A stretch of 64,000 nucleotides of DNA from Pelagimonas sp. (GTDB lineage Bacteria > Pseudomonadota > Alphaproteobacteria > Rhodobacterales > Rhodobacteraceae). This document shows, in pieces, positions 50,534-60,763 of this stretch (position 1 is its first letter; every line of letters starts with the position of its first letter). A program made the position numbers and the translations under genes. The notes under the pieces are model-generated. The model was not told the origin of the DNA. It was given only the letters and a program-made list of their open reading frames with translations, and did not search any database. Location of the stretch: the NCBI GenBank assembly GCA_025210345.1, contig JAOARX010000013.1, positions 143,135-207,134 of the forward strand. The letters are read 5' to 3'.

Positions 50534-52138
50534 ATGAAGCTCCAATCACAGGCCATTGCCTCATCCGAGGGGTTCAAGGCCAATCAGGCGGCGCATCTGG
50601 AGGCGCTGGCACAGATCAACGAAGCGGCTCAGGCTGCGGCACAGGGTGGCGGTGAGCGCGCCCGCGACCGCCATGTGAGCCGGGGCAAGATGTTGCCGCG
50701 CGAACGGGTTGCCAACCTGCTCGATCCGGGCTCGCCCTTTCTCGAAGTGGGGGCAACGGCAGCGCATGGCATGTATGATGGCGTCGCCCCGGCGGCGGGG
50801 GTCGTCGCGGGCATCGGGCTGGTGCAGGGGCGCCAGGTCATGGTGGTCTGCAACGATGCCACCGTAAAGGGCGGCACCTATTACCCGATGACGGTGAAAA
50901 AACACCTGCGCGCCCAGGAAATTGCAGAAGAGAACCATCTTCCGTGCATCTATCTGGTCGACAGCGGCGGCGCGAACCTGCCGAATCAGGATGAGGTATT
51001 CCCGGATCGCGACCACTTTGGCCGGATCTTCTATAATCAGGCCCGCATGTCCGCCAAGGGGATCGCCCAGATCGCCGTGGTCATGGGGTCGTGTACTGCG
51101 GGCGGCGCCTATGTGCCGGCCATGTCCGATGTGACCATCATCGTGAAAGAGCAAGGGACGATCTTCCTTGCGGGTCCGCCTCTGGTCAAGGCCGCCACCG
51201 GCGAAGTTGTCACCGCCGAAGATCTGGGTGGCGGCGATGTGCATACCCGTCTGTCCGGCGTGGCCGATTACCTGGCCGAAGACGATGCCCATGCCCTGGC
51301 CCTCGCACGGCGGGCGGTCGGTTCGCTTGGTCCGGTCAACGGGGCCGTGATGAACCTGCAAAGTCCCGAAGACCCGGCCTATGATCCCGCCGAGATCCTC
51401 GGTGTCGTGCCCGGCGATCTGCGCACGCCCTATGACATTCGCGAAGTCATCATGCGTCTGGTTGACGGATCGCGTTTTGACGAGTTCAAACCCCGCTTTG
51501 GCGAAACCCTCGTGACCGGTTTTGCCCATGTGATGGGCATGCCCGTGGGCCTCATCGCCAACAATGGGGTGCTGTTCTCGGAGGCCGCGCAGAAAGGCGC
51601 GCATTTCATCGAACTGTGCAGCCAGCGCAAAATCCCGCTGGTGTTCTTGCAAAACATCACCGGCTTCATGGTCGGCCGCAAATACGAAAACGAAGGCATC
51701 GCGCGCCATGGCGCCAAGATGGTGACCGCCGTGGCCACCACCAATGTGCCAAAGATCACCATGCTGGTGGGGGGCTCGTTCGGGGCGGGCAACTATGGCA
51801 TGTCGGGGCGCGCCTATCAGCCGCGTTTCCTGTGGACCTGGCCCAACGCGCGCATCTCGGTCATGGGCGGCGAACAGGCGGCGGGCGTTCTGGCCACGGT
51901 CAAGCGCGACGGCATCGAACGCAAGGGCGGCACATGGTCCGCTGAGGAAGAGGCCGAGTTCAAGCGCCCGACCATCGAGATGTTCGAAGAACAGGCGCAT
52001 CCGCTCTATGCCTCTGCACGTCTTTGGGACGACGGTATCATCGACCCGCGCAAATCGCGGGACGTGCTGGCCCTGTCGCTCCGGGCGGCGCTCAATGCTC
52101 CGATCGAAGACACCCGCTTTGGCATCTTCCGGATGTAA
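50534..52138 (+). CDS. mccB: Methylcrotonoyl-CoA carboxylase beta (carboxyltransferase) subunit
   Basis: 534 aa. Acyl-CoA carboxyltransferase N- and C-domains. Confidence 0.9.
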   Translation: MKLQSQAIASSEGFKANQAAHLEALAQINEAAQAAAQGGGERARDRHVSRGKMLPRERVANLLDPGSPFLEVGATAAHGMYDGVAPAAGVVAGIGLVQGRQVMVVCNDATVKGGTYYPMTVKKHLRAQEIAEENHLPCIYLVDSGGANLPNQDEVFPDRDHFGRIFYNQARMSAKGIAQIAVVMGSCTAGGAYVPAMSDVTIIVKEQGTIFLAGPPLVKAATGEVVTAEDLGGGDVHTRLSGVADYLAEDDAHALALARRAVGSLGPVNGAVMNLQSPEDPAYDPAEILGVVPGDLRTPYDIREVIMRLVDGSRFDEFKPRFGETLVTGFAHVMGMPVGLIANNGVLFSEAAQKGAHFIELCSQRKIPLVFLQNITGFMVGRKYENEGIARHGAKMVTAVATTNVPKITMLVGGSFGAGNYGMSGRAYQPRFLWTWPNARISVMGGEQAAGVLATVKRDGIERKGGTWSAEEEAEFKRPTIEMFEEQAHPLYASARLWDDGIIDPRKSRDVLALSLRAALNAPIEDTRFGIFRM

Positions 52139-52141
52139 GTC

Positions 52142-52552
52142 ATGACGCTGGCTTCTCTCAAATTGCGCTATCCCGAGGCAGAGACTTTTCTCTTTGGAGA
52201 CAATGAAAAGCTCTGCCAGGCGCTGCTTTCACGGGTTCTGTCGGGCCAGAAGACCGCCACCTGTACCGCCCTGCGAGACGTCGAAACCGGCACCGAAGCC
52301 ATGCCCGTTGTCGGACGCAGGGACATTGCTCTCAATTGGGATGGCACGCCCGCCTGTGTGATCGAAACAACCGAGGCCACGATCCGTCGATACTGCGATG
52401 TGGATGCCGCATTCGCATTGGCCGAGGGCGAGACTGAAACGCTTGAGGGCTGGCAACGTGAACATCAGGCATATTTCGCACGCAACGGCGGGTTCGATCC
52501 TGAAATGAAGCTTGTGTGTGAACGTTTTCGCCTGATCGAGGTGATCACATGA
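52142..52552 (+). CDS. ASCH-domain (PUA-like) protein
   Basis: 136 aa. Tightly packed between mccB and mccA. ASCH-like beta-barrel signature. Confidence 0.65.
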   Translation: MTLASLKLRYPEAETFLFGDNEKLCQALLSRVLSGQKTATCTALRDVETGTEAMPVVGRRDIALNWDGTPACVIETTEATIRRYCDVDAAFALAEGETETLEGWQREHQAYFARNGGFDPEMKLVCERFRLIEVIT

Positions 52553-52642
52553 TCTGCGTCACCTTTTCCAAAATATCCCGGGGGGCTTGCCAGCGGCAAG
52601 CGGGGCAGAGCCCCCTTCTGAAATTCAGACAAGGACAAACCG

Positions 52643-54580
52643 ATGTTTGATAAAATCCTGATTGCAAACCGCGGTGAAATTGCCTGTCGCGTGATGGAAA
52701 CCGCCCGCGGCATGGGGGTGGCCACCGTGGCGGTCTATTCCGACGCGGACGCCACGTCGAAACATGTGGCCATGGCGGATGAGGCGGTGCACATCGGCGG
52801 TGCGGCCCCGTCCGAGAGCTATCTCAAAGGGGATGTGATCATCGCTGCGGCCAAGGAAACCGGCGCCCAGGCCATCCATCCCGGCTATGGCTTTTTGTCA
52901 GAGAACCCGGATTTCGTGGATGCGGTTGAGCAGGCCGGGCTGGTGTTTATCGGCCCCAACGCCGATGCGATCCGCAAAATGGGCCTCAAGGATGCGGCCA
53001 AGGCGCTGATGCACGATGCGGGTGTGCCTGTTGTTCCCGGGTATCATGGCGAAAACCAGGATCCTGATTTCCTGGCCGAAGAGGCGGGAAAAATCGGCTA
53101 CCCCGTGCTGATCAAAGCGGTCGCAGGTGGCGGCGGCAAAGGCATGAGGTTGGTCGAGGTCGAAAATGAATTTGCCGATGCCCTCACCAGCGCGCAAAAC
53201 GAAGCCCGCACCGCCTTTGGCAATGAAGCGGTCTTGATTGAGAAATTCATTCAGCAACCGCGCCACATCGAGGTTCAGGTGTTTGGCGATGGCACCTCGG
53301 CAGTGCATTTGTTTGAGCGCGATTGCTCGCTTCAGCGCCGCCATCAAAAGGTGATCGAAGAGGCCCCCGCACCTGATATGCCACTGACCGTGCGCGAGGC
53401 CATGGGGGCAGCCGGGGTGCGCGCTGCCGAAGCCATCGGCTATAAGGGTGCTGGCACGGTCGAGTTCATTGTGGATGGATCGGATGGCCTGCGTGAAGAT
53501 GGGTTCTGGTTCATGGAAATGAACACGCGGTTGCAGGTTGAACACCCTGTGTCCGAACTGATCACCGGTGTGGATCTGGTCGAATGGCAGCTGCGCGTTG
53601 CGGCGGGGGAAGCCCTGCCCAAGGCGCAAGAGGACCTTTCCATCACCGGCCATGCCTTTGAGGCACGCCTGTATGCGGAAGATGTGCCAGCCGGATTCTT
53701 GCCGGCGACGGGACGCTTGTCCCATTTGTCCTTCCCTGAGGATGTGCGCGCGGACAGCGGTGTGCGTTCGGGGGATGACATCAGCCCGAATTACGACCCG
53801 ATGATCGCCAAGGTGATTGTTCACGGCCCAACCCGCGCCGTGGCGTTGAAGCAACTCGCGCGCGGTCTGGAAAAGACGCAGGTTGCGGGCACCGTGACCA
53901 ACCTCGCGTTCCTGGGGGCGCTGGCACGGCATGAGGGCTTTGGTCGCGGTGAGGTCGACACCGGGTTGATCGCCCGGGACATCGATGAGCTGGTCAAGGC
54001 CCCCGAGATCACCCCGCGCATCATCGCACGGGCTGCCCTGACGGCGAGCGGCTTGGATAGGACCCAGGCCGCGTTGACAGGCTTTCATCTTTGGGGGCCG
54101 ATGGTGCGCAGCGTTTGCCTGCGCCGCGCGGGAGAGGATCTGCTGTGCAAGGTGATGTCCGATGGTGCGGATCGCGTCCGTTTGCAGATCGGGGACGATA
54201 CTGTCACGGCCGAACGCCGTGCGGGACGTTGGATCTTGGATGGGCTGCTGGGGGCCGAGACGCACCGTGATGGTCACGTTGTCACCGTATTCGAGCACTC
54301 CGGCGTTGCCTTTGACATCATTGACCCGCTGGCGATTGAAACACAGGGGGCAGGGGGCAGCGGAATGACCCTCGCCCCCATGCCCGGGCGGGTTGTGTCC
54401 GTGCACGTCGAGGCGGGTCAGACGGTTGCCGAGGGAGATCGTCTCGCGGTACTGGAGGCCATGAAGATGGAACACAGCCTGACCGCGGCCCGTGATGGGG
54501 TGGTGGCCGAAATCTTGGTACGCGCCGGTGATCAGGTAGAGGCAGGCGCGCCATTGATCCAGTTGGAAGACGAAGAGTGA
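52643..54580 (+). CDS. mccA: Methylcrotonoyl-CoA carboxylase alpha subunit (biotin carboxylase + BCCP)
   Basis: Biotin carboxylase ATP-grasp domain plus C-terminal biotinyl domain EAMKME. Confidence 0.9.
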   Translation: MFDKILIANRGEIACRVMETARGMGVATVAVYSDADATSKHVAMADEAVHIGGAAPSESYLKGDVIIAAAKETGAQAIHPGYGFLSENPDFVDAVEQAGLVFIGPNADAIRKMGLKDAAKALMHDAGVPVVPGYHGENQDPDFLAEEAGKIGYPVLIKAVAGGGGKGMRLVEVENEFADALTSAQNEARTAFGNEAVLIEKFIQQPRHIEVQVFGDGTSAVHLFERDCSLQRRHQKVIEEAPAPDMPLTVREAMGAAGVRAAEAIGYKGAGTVEFIVDGSDGLREDGFWFMEMNTRLQVEHPVSELITGVDLVEWQLRVAAGEALPKAQEDLSITGHAFEARLYAEDVPAGFLPATGRLSHLSFPEDVRADSGVRSGDDISPNYDPMIAKVIVHGPTRAVALKQLARGLEKTQVAGTVTNLAFLGALARHEGFGRGEVDTGLIARDIDELVKAPEITPRIIARAALTASGLDRTQAALTGFHLWGPMVRSVCLRRAGEDLLCKVMSDGADRVRLQIGDDTVTAERRAGRWILDGLLGAETHRDGHVVTVFEHSGVAFDIIDPLAIETQGAGGSGMTLAPMPGRVVSVHVEAGQTVAEGDRLAVLEAMKMEHSLTAARDGVVAEILVRAGDQVEAGAPLIQLEDEE

Positions 54581-54653
54581 CGCGCGGGAAATTCGTTTCA
54601 AACGAATTTGGCAACGCCCTTGCAAGGGCGTTTGTCCCGCGAAAGGAGAGGGA

Positions 54654-55334
54654 ATGACCAAGCTTAGATTACACCACGTTCAGTATGGCCGCTCTTTTCG
54701 TGTGCTTTGGTTGCTGGAAGAAATCGGTCTCGCGGACAGGCTGGGGACGCATTTGGACGTGGTCGAATACCACATTGGGACCCGTGAGATGCGCGAAAGC
54801 GAGTTGCCGCAGGTCTCGCCTGCGGTGCGTATTCCAGCGCTTGAGATCGGCGATGTGCAGATGGCAGAAAGCGGCGCCATTGTGGAGTATATCACGGAAA
54901 CCTATGCGCCCGAGTTGGGGGTAAGAGCTGGGGATGCCGCGCGCCACGAATATCTTCAGTGGGTTCACTATTCCGAAACCCAAGCGAGCCTGATTGAGCA
55001 ACTCAATCTTCAGATGGTGTTTTTGCGTCCCCCGGCCAAGGCCAGTCCGGTTGTGTTGAAACTGAACGTGGCGCGGTTGCGCGCAACCCTCAAAGGATTG
55101 GAACAGCGGCTTGAAGGGCGCGATTGGATCCTAGACCGGGGGTTTAGCGCGGCGGATATTATGTATGGGTTCAACCTGTTTGCAGCGCCCTTCTATGTCA
55201 GGCTCGACGCATTTCCCAACATTTGTGCGTATAAGGCCCGCATGGAGGCGATGCCCTCGTTTCTGCGTGCCGTGGCGCGCGAAGGAAAGCAGCGGTTTTA
55301 TACACAGGACTTTTATCCTGTGCCCGAGCTGTGA
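54654..55334 (+). CDS. Glutathione S-transferase family protein
   Basis: Thioredoxin-like N-domain with ESGAIVEYI, and a GST C-domain. Confidence 0.8.
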   Translation: MTKLRLHHVQYGRSFRVLWLLEEIGLADRLGTHLDVVEYHIGTREMRESELPQVSPAVRIPALEIGDVQMAESGAIVEYITETYAPELGVRAGDAARHEYLQWVHYSETQASLIEQLNLQMVFLRPPAKASPVVLKLNVARLRATLKGLEQRLEGRDWILDRGFSAADIMYGFNLFAAPFYVRLDAFPNICAYKARMEAMPSFLRAVAREGKQRFYTQDFYPVPEL

Positions 55335-55397
55335 GTGGGTAAAGAGACGTCGGATGCCTCCGGCGGGGATATTTTTCAAGAGATGAAGGGCTGAGGA

Positions 55398-56252
55398 ATG
55401 GAAAAGGTCGAGATCTTTGAGGTTGGTCCTCGTGATGGGTTGCAAAATGAGAAAAACCCGATTGCCACGGCGGACAAGGTCGCCTTGGTGGATCTTCTGT
55501 CGCGCACCGGGTTTTCTCGCATTGAATGTGCATCCTTCGTGAGCCCCAAATGGGTGCCGCAAATGGCAGATAGTGCCGAGGTTCTGGCCGAGATTACCCG
55601 GGTGGACGGGGTTTCGTATGCGGCTTTGACCCCGAATATGAGGGGGCTTGAGCGCGCGATTGCGGCCAAAGCAGATGAGGTGGCGATTTTTGGGTCGGCT
55701 TCCGAGGGATTTTCCAAGGCCAATATCAATGCCACCATAGAAGAGAGCCTTGCGCGATTTGAACCCGTTGCCAAGGCGGCCGGGGCGCAGGGCTTGCCGG
55801 TACGCGGTTATGTCTCTTGTGTGGTTGAGTGTCCCTATGATGGGGCGGTGGATCCGGCTCAGACTGCGCGGGTTGTTGCGGCGTTGCGGGATATGGGATG
55901 TTATGAAATCTCGCTGGGCGATACCATTGGACGGGCCCAGCCAGACGCCATGGACGCGATGCTTGCCGCTGTTTTGGAAGAGATCGACGCGGCCAAACTG
56001 GCGGGCCATTTCCACGACACAAGCGGGCGCGCGCTGGCCAATGTTTCGGTTGCGCTTGAGCGCGGGATCAGGGTGTTCGACGCGGCTGTCGGAGGTCTTG
56101 GTGGGTGTCCCTATGCCCCGGGCGCGGCCGGAAATGTCGCCACCGAGGCGGTCCATGATCATGTGACGGCTTTGGGATATGCAACGGGCCTAGATCGCGA
56201 TTTGCTGGATCAGGCGGCGCAGATGGCGCGGGCGATGCGCGGGGCGTCCTGA
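55398..56252 (+). CDS. hmgL: Hydroxymethylglutaryl-CoA lyase
   Basis: FEVGPRDGLQNE active-site motif. TIM barrel. Confidence 0.9.
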   Translation: MEKVEIFEVGPRDGLQNEKNPIATADKVALVDLLSRTGFSRIECASFVSPKWVPQMADSAEVLAEITRVDGVSYAALTPNMRGLERAIAAKADEVAIFGSASEGFSKANINATIEESLARFEPVAKAAGAQGLPVRGYVSCVVECPYDGAVDPAQTARVVAALRDMGCYEISLGDTIGRAQPDAMDAMLAAVLEEIDAAKLAGHFHDTSGRALANVSVALERGIRVFDAAVGGLGGCPYAPGAAGNVATEAVHDHVTALGYATGLDRDLLDQAAQMARAMRGAS

Positions 56253-56371
56253 CCCTGGTCCCAATCCTGGCCCCACGCGTTTTGCCATGGCTGACGCGCA
56301 TCTGGGGGATCCCCAACCAATCAGGCTTTCGCGCGTATGCCGGGCTGGCCGCAAGACAAAGGAGACCTGTG

Positions 56372-57157
56372 ATGGGTGAGTTGATCGACGTAACACGCGA
56401 TGCGCGTGGCGTGGCCACGCTGTGGCTGGCGCGTGAGGATAAACACAACGCGCTTTCGGCGCAGATGATGACAGAGTTGGTATCACACGCCGATGCACTG
56501 GCGCAGGACGATACGGTGCGCGTGGTGGTTCTTGCGGCCAGGGGCAAGAGCTTTTGCGCCGGTGGGGATCTGGCGTGGATGCGTGCGCAGTTCGAGATGG
56601 ACAGCCCCACGCGCAAGGTGGAATCCGCTCGAATTGCTCAGGCGCTGGCGGCATTGGACCGCCTGCCGCAGCCCTTGATCGGGCGCATCCAGGGGAATGC
56701 GTTTGGTGGCGGTGTGGGGCTTGCGGCGGTCTGTGATGTGACCGTGGCGGCGGAACACATCATGATGGGGCTGACCGAAGTCAAACTGGGGCTGATCCCG
56801 GCCAATATCGGGCCCTATGTGGTGGCGCGGATGGGGGCGGTGCGCGCCAAAGAGGTCTTTATGAATGCACGTCTTTTCGATGCACAAGAAGCGGTTCGCC
56901 TGAACCTGGTGACCCGCGCGGTGCCCGAAGATCAGCTGGACGAGGCGGTCGAGGCGGAAATCACCCCCTATCTGTCCTGTGCGCCCGGGGCCGTCCGCGA
57001 TGCCAAGCGCCTGTTGCGGGAGTTGGCCGGCGTTGTGACGCAAGACAAGGTCGATTTCGCCATCGACGCATTGGCTGGTCGCTGGGAAACCTCTGAAGCC
57101 CGCGAAGGGATCGGCGCGTTTTTTGACAAACGACCGGCCCCTTGGGTGAAATCCTAG
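56372..57157 (+). CDS. liuC: Enoyl-CoA hydratase family (probable methylglutaconyl-CoA hydratase)
   Basis: Crotonase fold (FCAGGDL, GNAFGGG). AAAGGAG RBS. Last gene of the liu cluster. Confidence 0.8.
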   Translation: MGELIDVTRDARGVATLWLAREDKHNALSAQMMTELVSHADALAQDDTVRVVVLAARGKSFCAGGDLAWMRAQFEMDSPTRKVESARIAQALAALDRLPQPLIGRIQGNAFGGGVGLAAVCDVTVAAEHIMMGLTEVKLGLIPANIGPYVVARMGAVRAKEVFMNARLFDAQEAVRLNLVTRAVPEDQLDEAVEAEITPYLSCAPGAVRDAKRLLRELAGVVTQDKVDFAIDALAGRWETSEAREGIGAFFDKRPAPWVKS

Positions 57158-58068
57158 TCCAGATCAAAGTAGCTGTCGTCCAGTGCTTTGATGTACAGCA
57201 CCTCTTTGCTTTCGCAACCGATGCCATATTTGACCATCAGTTGGCTGAGTTCGAGACCGTCGATCAAGACAATCCGCGATCCCAGATCGCGGGCTGTTTG
57301 TTTCGCAGCGTCCGTAAAATATGATGTGGTCACAAAGATCCCCTTGCTTGCCTTTTTCAGGCTTAGGGCGCCAAAGAAATCGCGGATCTCGCTTGGACCC
57401 ACGCTGTTGTTGGCTTGGTATCTCTTTGCTTGAAGATAGATTTGGTCAAGGCCAAGCGGGTCTTGGTCAATCACGCCGTCAACGCCGTTGTCACCGGATT
57501 GCCCTAGCGCGCGGCCAGCCCCCTCAAATGACCCGCCGTATCCCATCGCAAGAAACAAATCGATGATCAGATGCTCGAAAAATGCTGGGTTAGACCGCCT
57601 CGTGTTGTCCAACAATGTTGCGGCCAGGGCGTTCTCAAGCCGTTTATGTGCGAATTGAAGATCTTCGTCCGGGGTGTTTGTCTCTTTCTCAGAAGAGGGG
57701 GCTTTGGTTCGGCTGATTTCATCCGATTTGGTACGTGACCTAAAATCTTGAAACTCAGCGAACTGTTCGAGATAGCTATTATCCAATGTCACGTTTCGTT
57801 GCTTAAGTGCTTGGTGCCCGCGTTCCGTGAGCTCAAACCAACCGCGTTTGGGATTGCGAAGAAGACCCGCTTGTTTCAGGTAAGAGCGGGCCCAGTGAAT
57901 TCGATTGGCGATCAGGGTTTGCTTCCCACTGGGGAGCATGCGACGGCGCTCTTCCTCTGAAAGATTGAGATGTTGGGAAATCTCTTCAACAACGTCCGAG
58001 ATTTTTCGGGGCTCATTCTGGGCCGCCATTAAGACCGGCCGCATCAGCGATTGGAAGTCGGGAATCAT
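57154..58068 (-). CDS. mrr: Mrr-family restriction endonuclease (type IV modification-dependent)
   Basis: N-terminal winged-helix Mrr_N plus C-terminal Mrr catalytic core (DGVID...QAKRY). Noticeably lower GC than the flanks. Stop overlaps the liuC stop in a CTAG. Confidence 0.8.
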   Translation of the reverse strand: MIPDFQSLMRPVLMAAQNEPRKISDVVEEISQHLNLSEEERRRMLPSGKQTLIANRIHWARSYLKQAGLLRNPKRGWFELTERGHQALKQRNVTLDNSYLEQFAEFQDFRSRTKSDEISRTKAPSSEKETNTPDEDLQFAHKRLENALAATLLDNTRRSNPAFFEHLIIDLFLAMGYGGSFEGAGRALGQSGDNGVDGVIDQDPLGLDQIYLQAKRYQANNSVGPSEIRDFFGALSLKKASKGIFVTTSYFTDAAKQTARDLGSRIVLIDGLELSQLMVKYGIGCESKEVLYIKALDDSYFDLD

Positions 58069-58239
58069 AGTATTTTCTGTGGGTTTCAAGCTAATGGCAA
58101 AAGGTATGAGTTACTCTATCGTAGCTTGCATCGATGCCTTGATACAAGCGCCCCAGGGCAGTCTCATTGCGTTGATTTTTCTGGGTGCAGTTCGGATCGA
58201 AGTGTGGAATGCTCGCCTTAAACCAGATTTCTATCAAGG

Positions 58240-58632
58240 TTGCATTTGATGCTTATCCAAATTGCCCATCTCTACGCCACCGTTTGTCTTGCGAATGTGT
58301 TTTTCCAGGTTGCCCTGGTCGCTGGCGCCCCTTTGGGGGAATATACCCAGGGCGGGCAGCACAAAGGGGCCTTGCCGCGCTCGGGGCGGATCATTGCGGC
58401 GGTGTCCATTCCCATCGTTGTGTTCCAAGGCCTTGCGATCCTCTCAGCCGCGGGGTTTCCGGGTCTGGGCTGGGCGCTTTGGACCGGGTGGGTGGCCTTT
58501 GCGGTCAGCGTGCTGTCCGCGGTTCTCAATTTGATCACCCCCAGTGTGCCCGAACGCACGGTCTGGGGTCCGATCATGGTGATCATGGCGGGGCTTTCGG
58601 GCTATGTCATGTTGCTGAGTCTTAACGTTTGA
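58240..58632 (+). CDS. Hypothetical small integral membrane protein (4 predicted TM helices)
   Basis: 130 aa, hydrophobic. Lies between the Mrr island and the nuo promoter. Confidence 0.45.
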   Translation: MHLMLIQIAHLYATVCLANVFFQVALVAGAPLGEYTQGGQHKGALPRSGRIIAAVSIPIVVFQGLAILSAAGFPGLGWALWTGWVAFAVSVLSAVLNLITPSVPERTVWGPIMVIMAGLSGYVMLLSLNV

Positions 58633-58764
58633 TGACTATTGAGAATTTTCCGCATATCGCGCGGGGCGAAAACCGCGACGCATAGGCGCGGTTCAGGGGG
58701 CGCAAACCAGGCGCGAACCGGTGAAAATCCCAATAAAATAAGGCTGTTCTGGCGCATTTTCGAC

Positions 58765-58784
58765 TTGCAAAGGGATATTTGCAA
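58765..58784. promoter_or_regulatory. Inverted repeat TTGCAAA-N6-TTTGCAA in the nuoA upstream region
   Basis: Perfect 7-bp arms, about 170 bp upstream of nuoA in an AT-rich leader. Confidence 0.3.
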
Positions 58785-58952
58785 TCTTTTGAATGTCTTC
58801 GCTGCTTGTTGACCCTGAACCGTCACAAGGATAAGCCAGCGAAGAAAGCCGTGGCACAGCTGTGTCCCGGCACCCAAACTCGCCCAATCCGCGTATGGCG
58901 CGGTGGGTGGAACTAGGCATAGCGCATCGCGCGACATCGAAGGAGCTGCCTC

Positions 58953-59318
58953 GTGGAAGAGATGCTGCGGGAATACCTTCCCATCCTCGTGTTTCTGGCC
59001 GTCGCCATTGGCCTCGGAATCGTCTTGATCCTTGCTGCCGTCGTTCTGGCGGTCCGCAACCCTGACCCGGAAAAAGTCTCGGCCTATGAATGTGGGTTCA
59101 ACGCCTTTGACGATGCGCGCATGAAATTCGATGTGCGGTTCTATCTGGTGTCGATCCTCTTCATCATCTTCGATCTTGAGATCGCGATGCTGTTCCCCTG
59201 GGCCGTGGCATTCAAGGATATTTCGATGGTGGCCTTCTGGTCGATGATGGTCTTCCTCGCGGTGCTGACCGCGGGCTTTGCCTATGAATGGAAGAAGGGG
59301 GCGCTGGAATGGGAATGA
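58953..59318 (+). CDS. nuoA: NADH-quinone oxidoreductase subunit A
   Basis: 121 aa, three TM helices, conserved YECGF. Confidence 0.95.
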   Translation: MEEMLREYLPILVFLAVAIGLGIVLILAAVVLAVRNPDPEKVSAYECGFNAFDDARMKFDVRFYLVSILFIIFDLEIAMLFPWAVAFKDISMVAFWSMMVFLAVLTAGFAYEWKKGALEWE

Positions 59319-59842
59319 TGACCGGAGCCAACACCGCAGGGGCCGACAAAGAGGTCGTGACCCAGGCGATCAACCGCGAATTGCAGGACAAGGGGTTTTT
59401 GCTGACCTCGACCGAGGACATCATCAACTGGGCGCGTACCGGTTCGCTGCACTGGATGACATTTGGTCTGGCCTGTTGCGCGGTTGAGATGATGCACACC
59501 TCGATGCCGCGTTACGACGCAGAGCGTTTCGGCATTGCACCGCGCGCCTCGCCGCGTCAGTCCGACCTGATGATCGTGGCCGGTACGCTGACCAACAAGA
59601 TGGCCCCGGCGCTGCGCAAGGTGTATGACCAGATGCCCGAGCCGCGTTACGTGCTGTCCATGGGCAGCTGCGCCAATGGCGGTGGCTATTACCACTACAG
59701 CTATTCGGTTGTGCGGGGCTGTGACCGGATCGTGCCGGTTGACGTCTATGTTCCCGGCTGCCCGCCGACGGCCGAGGCGCTGCTGTATGGTCTGATGGCC
59801 CTGCAACGCAAAATCCGCCGCACCGGCACGCTGGTCCGCTAA
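59309..59842 (+). CDS. nuoB: NADH-quinone oxidoreductase subunit B
   Basis: [21 protein letters not shown] and GCPP N2 Fe-S cluster-binding motifs. Start overlaps the nuoA stop. Confidence 0.9.
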   Translation: MGMMTGANTAGADKEVVTQAINRELQDKGFLLTSTEDIINWARTGSLHWMTFGLACCAVEMMHTSMPRYDAERFGIAPRASPRQSDLMIVAGTLTNKMAPALRKVYDQMPEPRYVLSMGSCANGGGYYHYSYSVVRGCDRIVPVDVYVPGCPPTAEALLYGLMALQRKIRRTGTLVR

Positions 59843-59859
59843 GCCAAAGGAGAGACCTG

Positions 59860-60468
59860 ATGAGCGAAGCCCTGAACGAACTTGGCCAGCACCTTGAACT
59901 GAAACGCCCCGATTGCGTTTTGGCGTGGGATGTCACGGTGGGTGAGCTGAACGTTGACGTGACCCCGTCCAACATCAAGGGGTTTGTCGAGTTCCTGAAA
60001 ACCGACAACACCTGTAAATTCAGCACTTTGGTGGACATCACCGGCGTGGATTACCCCGAGCGCGCCAAGCGCTTTGATGTGGTTTACCACTTTTTGTCGA
60101 TGTACACGAACCAACGCATTCGCCTGCGGGTCTCGGTGCGCGAAGACGAAATGGTCCCCTCGATCGTCGATGTACACCCTTCGGCCAACTGGTTTGAGCG
60201 CGAGATCTTTGACATGTTCGGGATCATTTTTTCCGGCCACCCGGATCTGCGCCGCATCCTGACCGACTATGGGTTCCGCGGCTATCCGCTGCGCAAGGAT
60301 TTCCCGACCACGGGCTATACCGAGATGCGCTATGACGAAGAGCTGAAACGCTGCGTCTATGAGCCGGTCAAGCTGACACAGGAATACCGCCAGTTTGATT
60401 TCATGAGCCCGTGGGAAGGCGCGCAATATGTGCTTCCGGGTGATGAAAAGCAGGAGGAGGCCAAGTAA
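59860..60468 (+). CDS. nuoC: NADH-quinone oxidoreductase subunit C
   Basis: 202 aa. 30-kDa subunit signature ERE(I/V)(F/Y)DMFG. Confidence 0.9.
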   Translation: MSEALNELGQHLELKRPDCVLAWDVTVGELNVDVTPSNIKGFVEFLKTDNTCKFSTLVDITGVDYPERAKRFDVVYHFLSMYTNQRIRLRVSVREDEMVPSIVDVHPSANWFEREIFDMFGIIFSGHPDLRRILTDYGFRGYPLRKDFPTTGYTEMRYDEELKRCVYEPVKLTQEYRQFDFMSPWEGAQYVLPGDEKQEEAK

Positions 60469-60472
60469 TCAG

Positions 60473-60763
60473 ATGAGCTTGCTTGTCGGGTTTTTGCTGT
60501 TGCTGTTGTTTATCGGTTTGCCGCTGTCCATCTTTGTTATGATGCAAGTGCGCGCAATCAGATCGCATGGCAAGGCCGGCAAGCGCGGGGTCGTCATCGA
60601 CGCAATTATGTTGGGCATGTTTGAGGGACCATTGACCTCGCTATTACTTGCCGAGCCTAAGGCCGCAGATGAACTTGAGACACTTGATGATCTGGACTTG
60701 ACCAATGAAAATGGGTTTGGAGGGGGCTATATCATGCCCTCTGAGACGAGGAACGAAAGATGA
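60473..60763 (+). CDS. Small membrane URF inserted between nuoC and nuoD
   Basis: About 96 aa with one TM helix. Lower GC than the flanking nuo genes. Tightly packed (5-nt gap from nuoC; stop 60761-60763 overlaps the nuoD start 60760-60762). Confidence 0.5.
   Translation: MSLLVGFLLLLLFIGLPLSIFVMMQVRAIRSHGKAGKRGVVIDAIMLGMFEGPLTSLLLAEPKAADELETLDDLDLTNENGFGGGYIMPSETRNER

Noticed and set aside
50561-52000. 479-aa minus-strand ORF
   Set aside because: Antisense to methylcrotonoyl-CoA carboxylase beta subunit.
52481-52500. tRNA T-arm-like GGGTTCGATCC string
   Set aside because: Lies inside the ASCH-domain CDS. Flanking sequence cannot form acceptor or anticodon stems. No tRNA-sized intergenic gaps exist in the window.
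52898-54661. 587-aa minus-strand ORF
   Set aside because: Antisense to methylcrotonoyl-CoA carboxylase alpha subunit.
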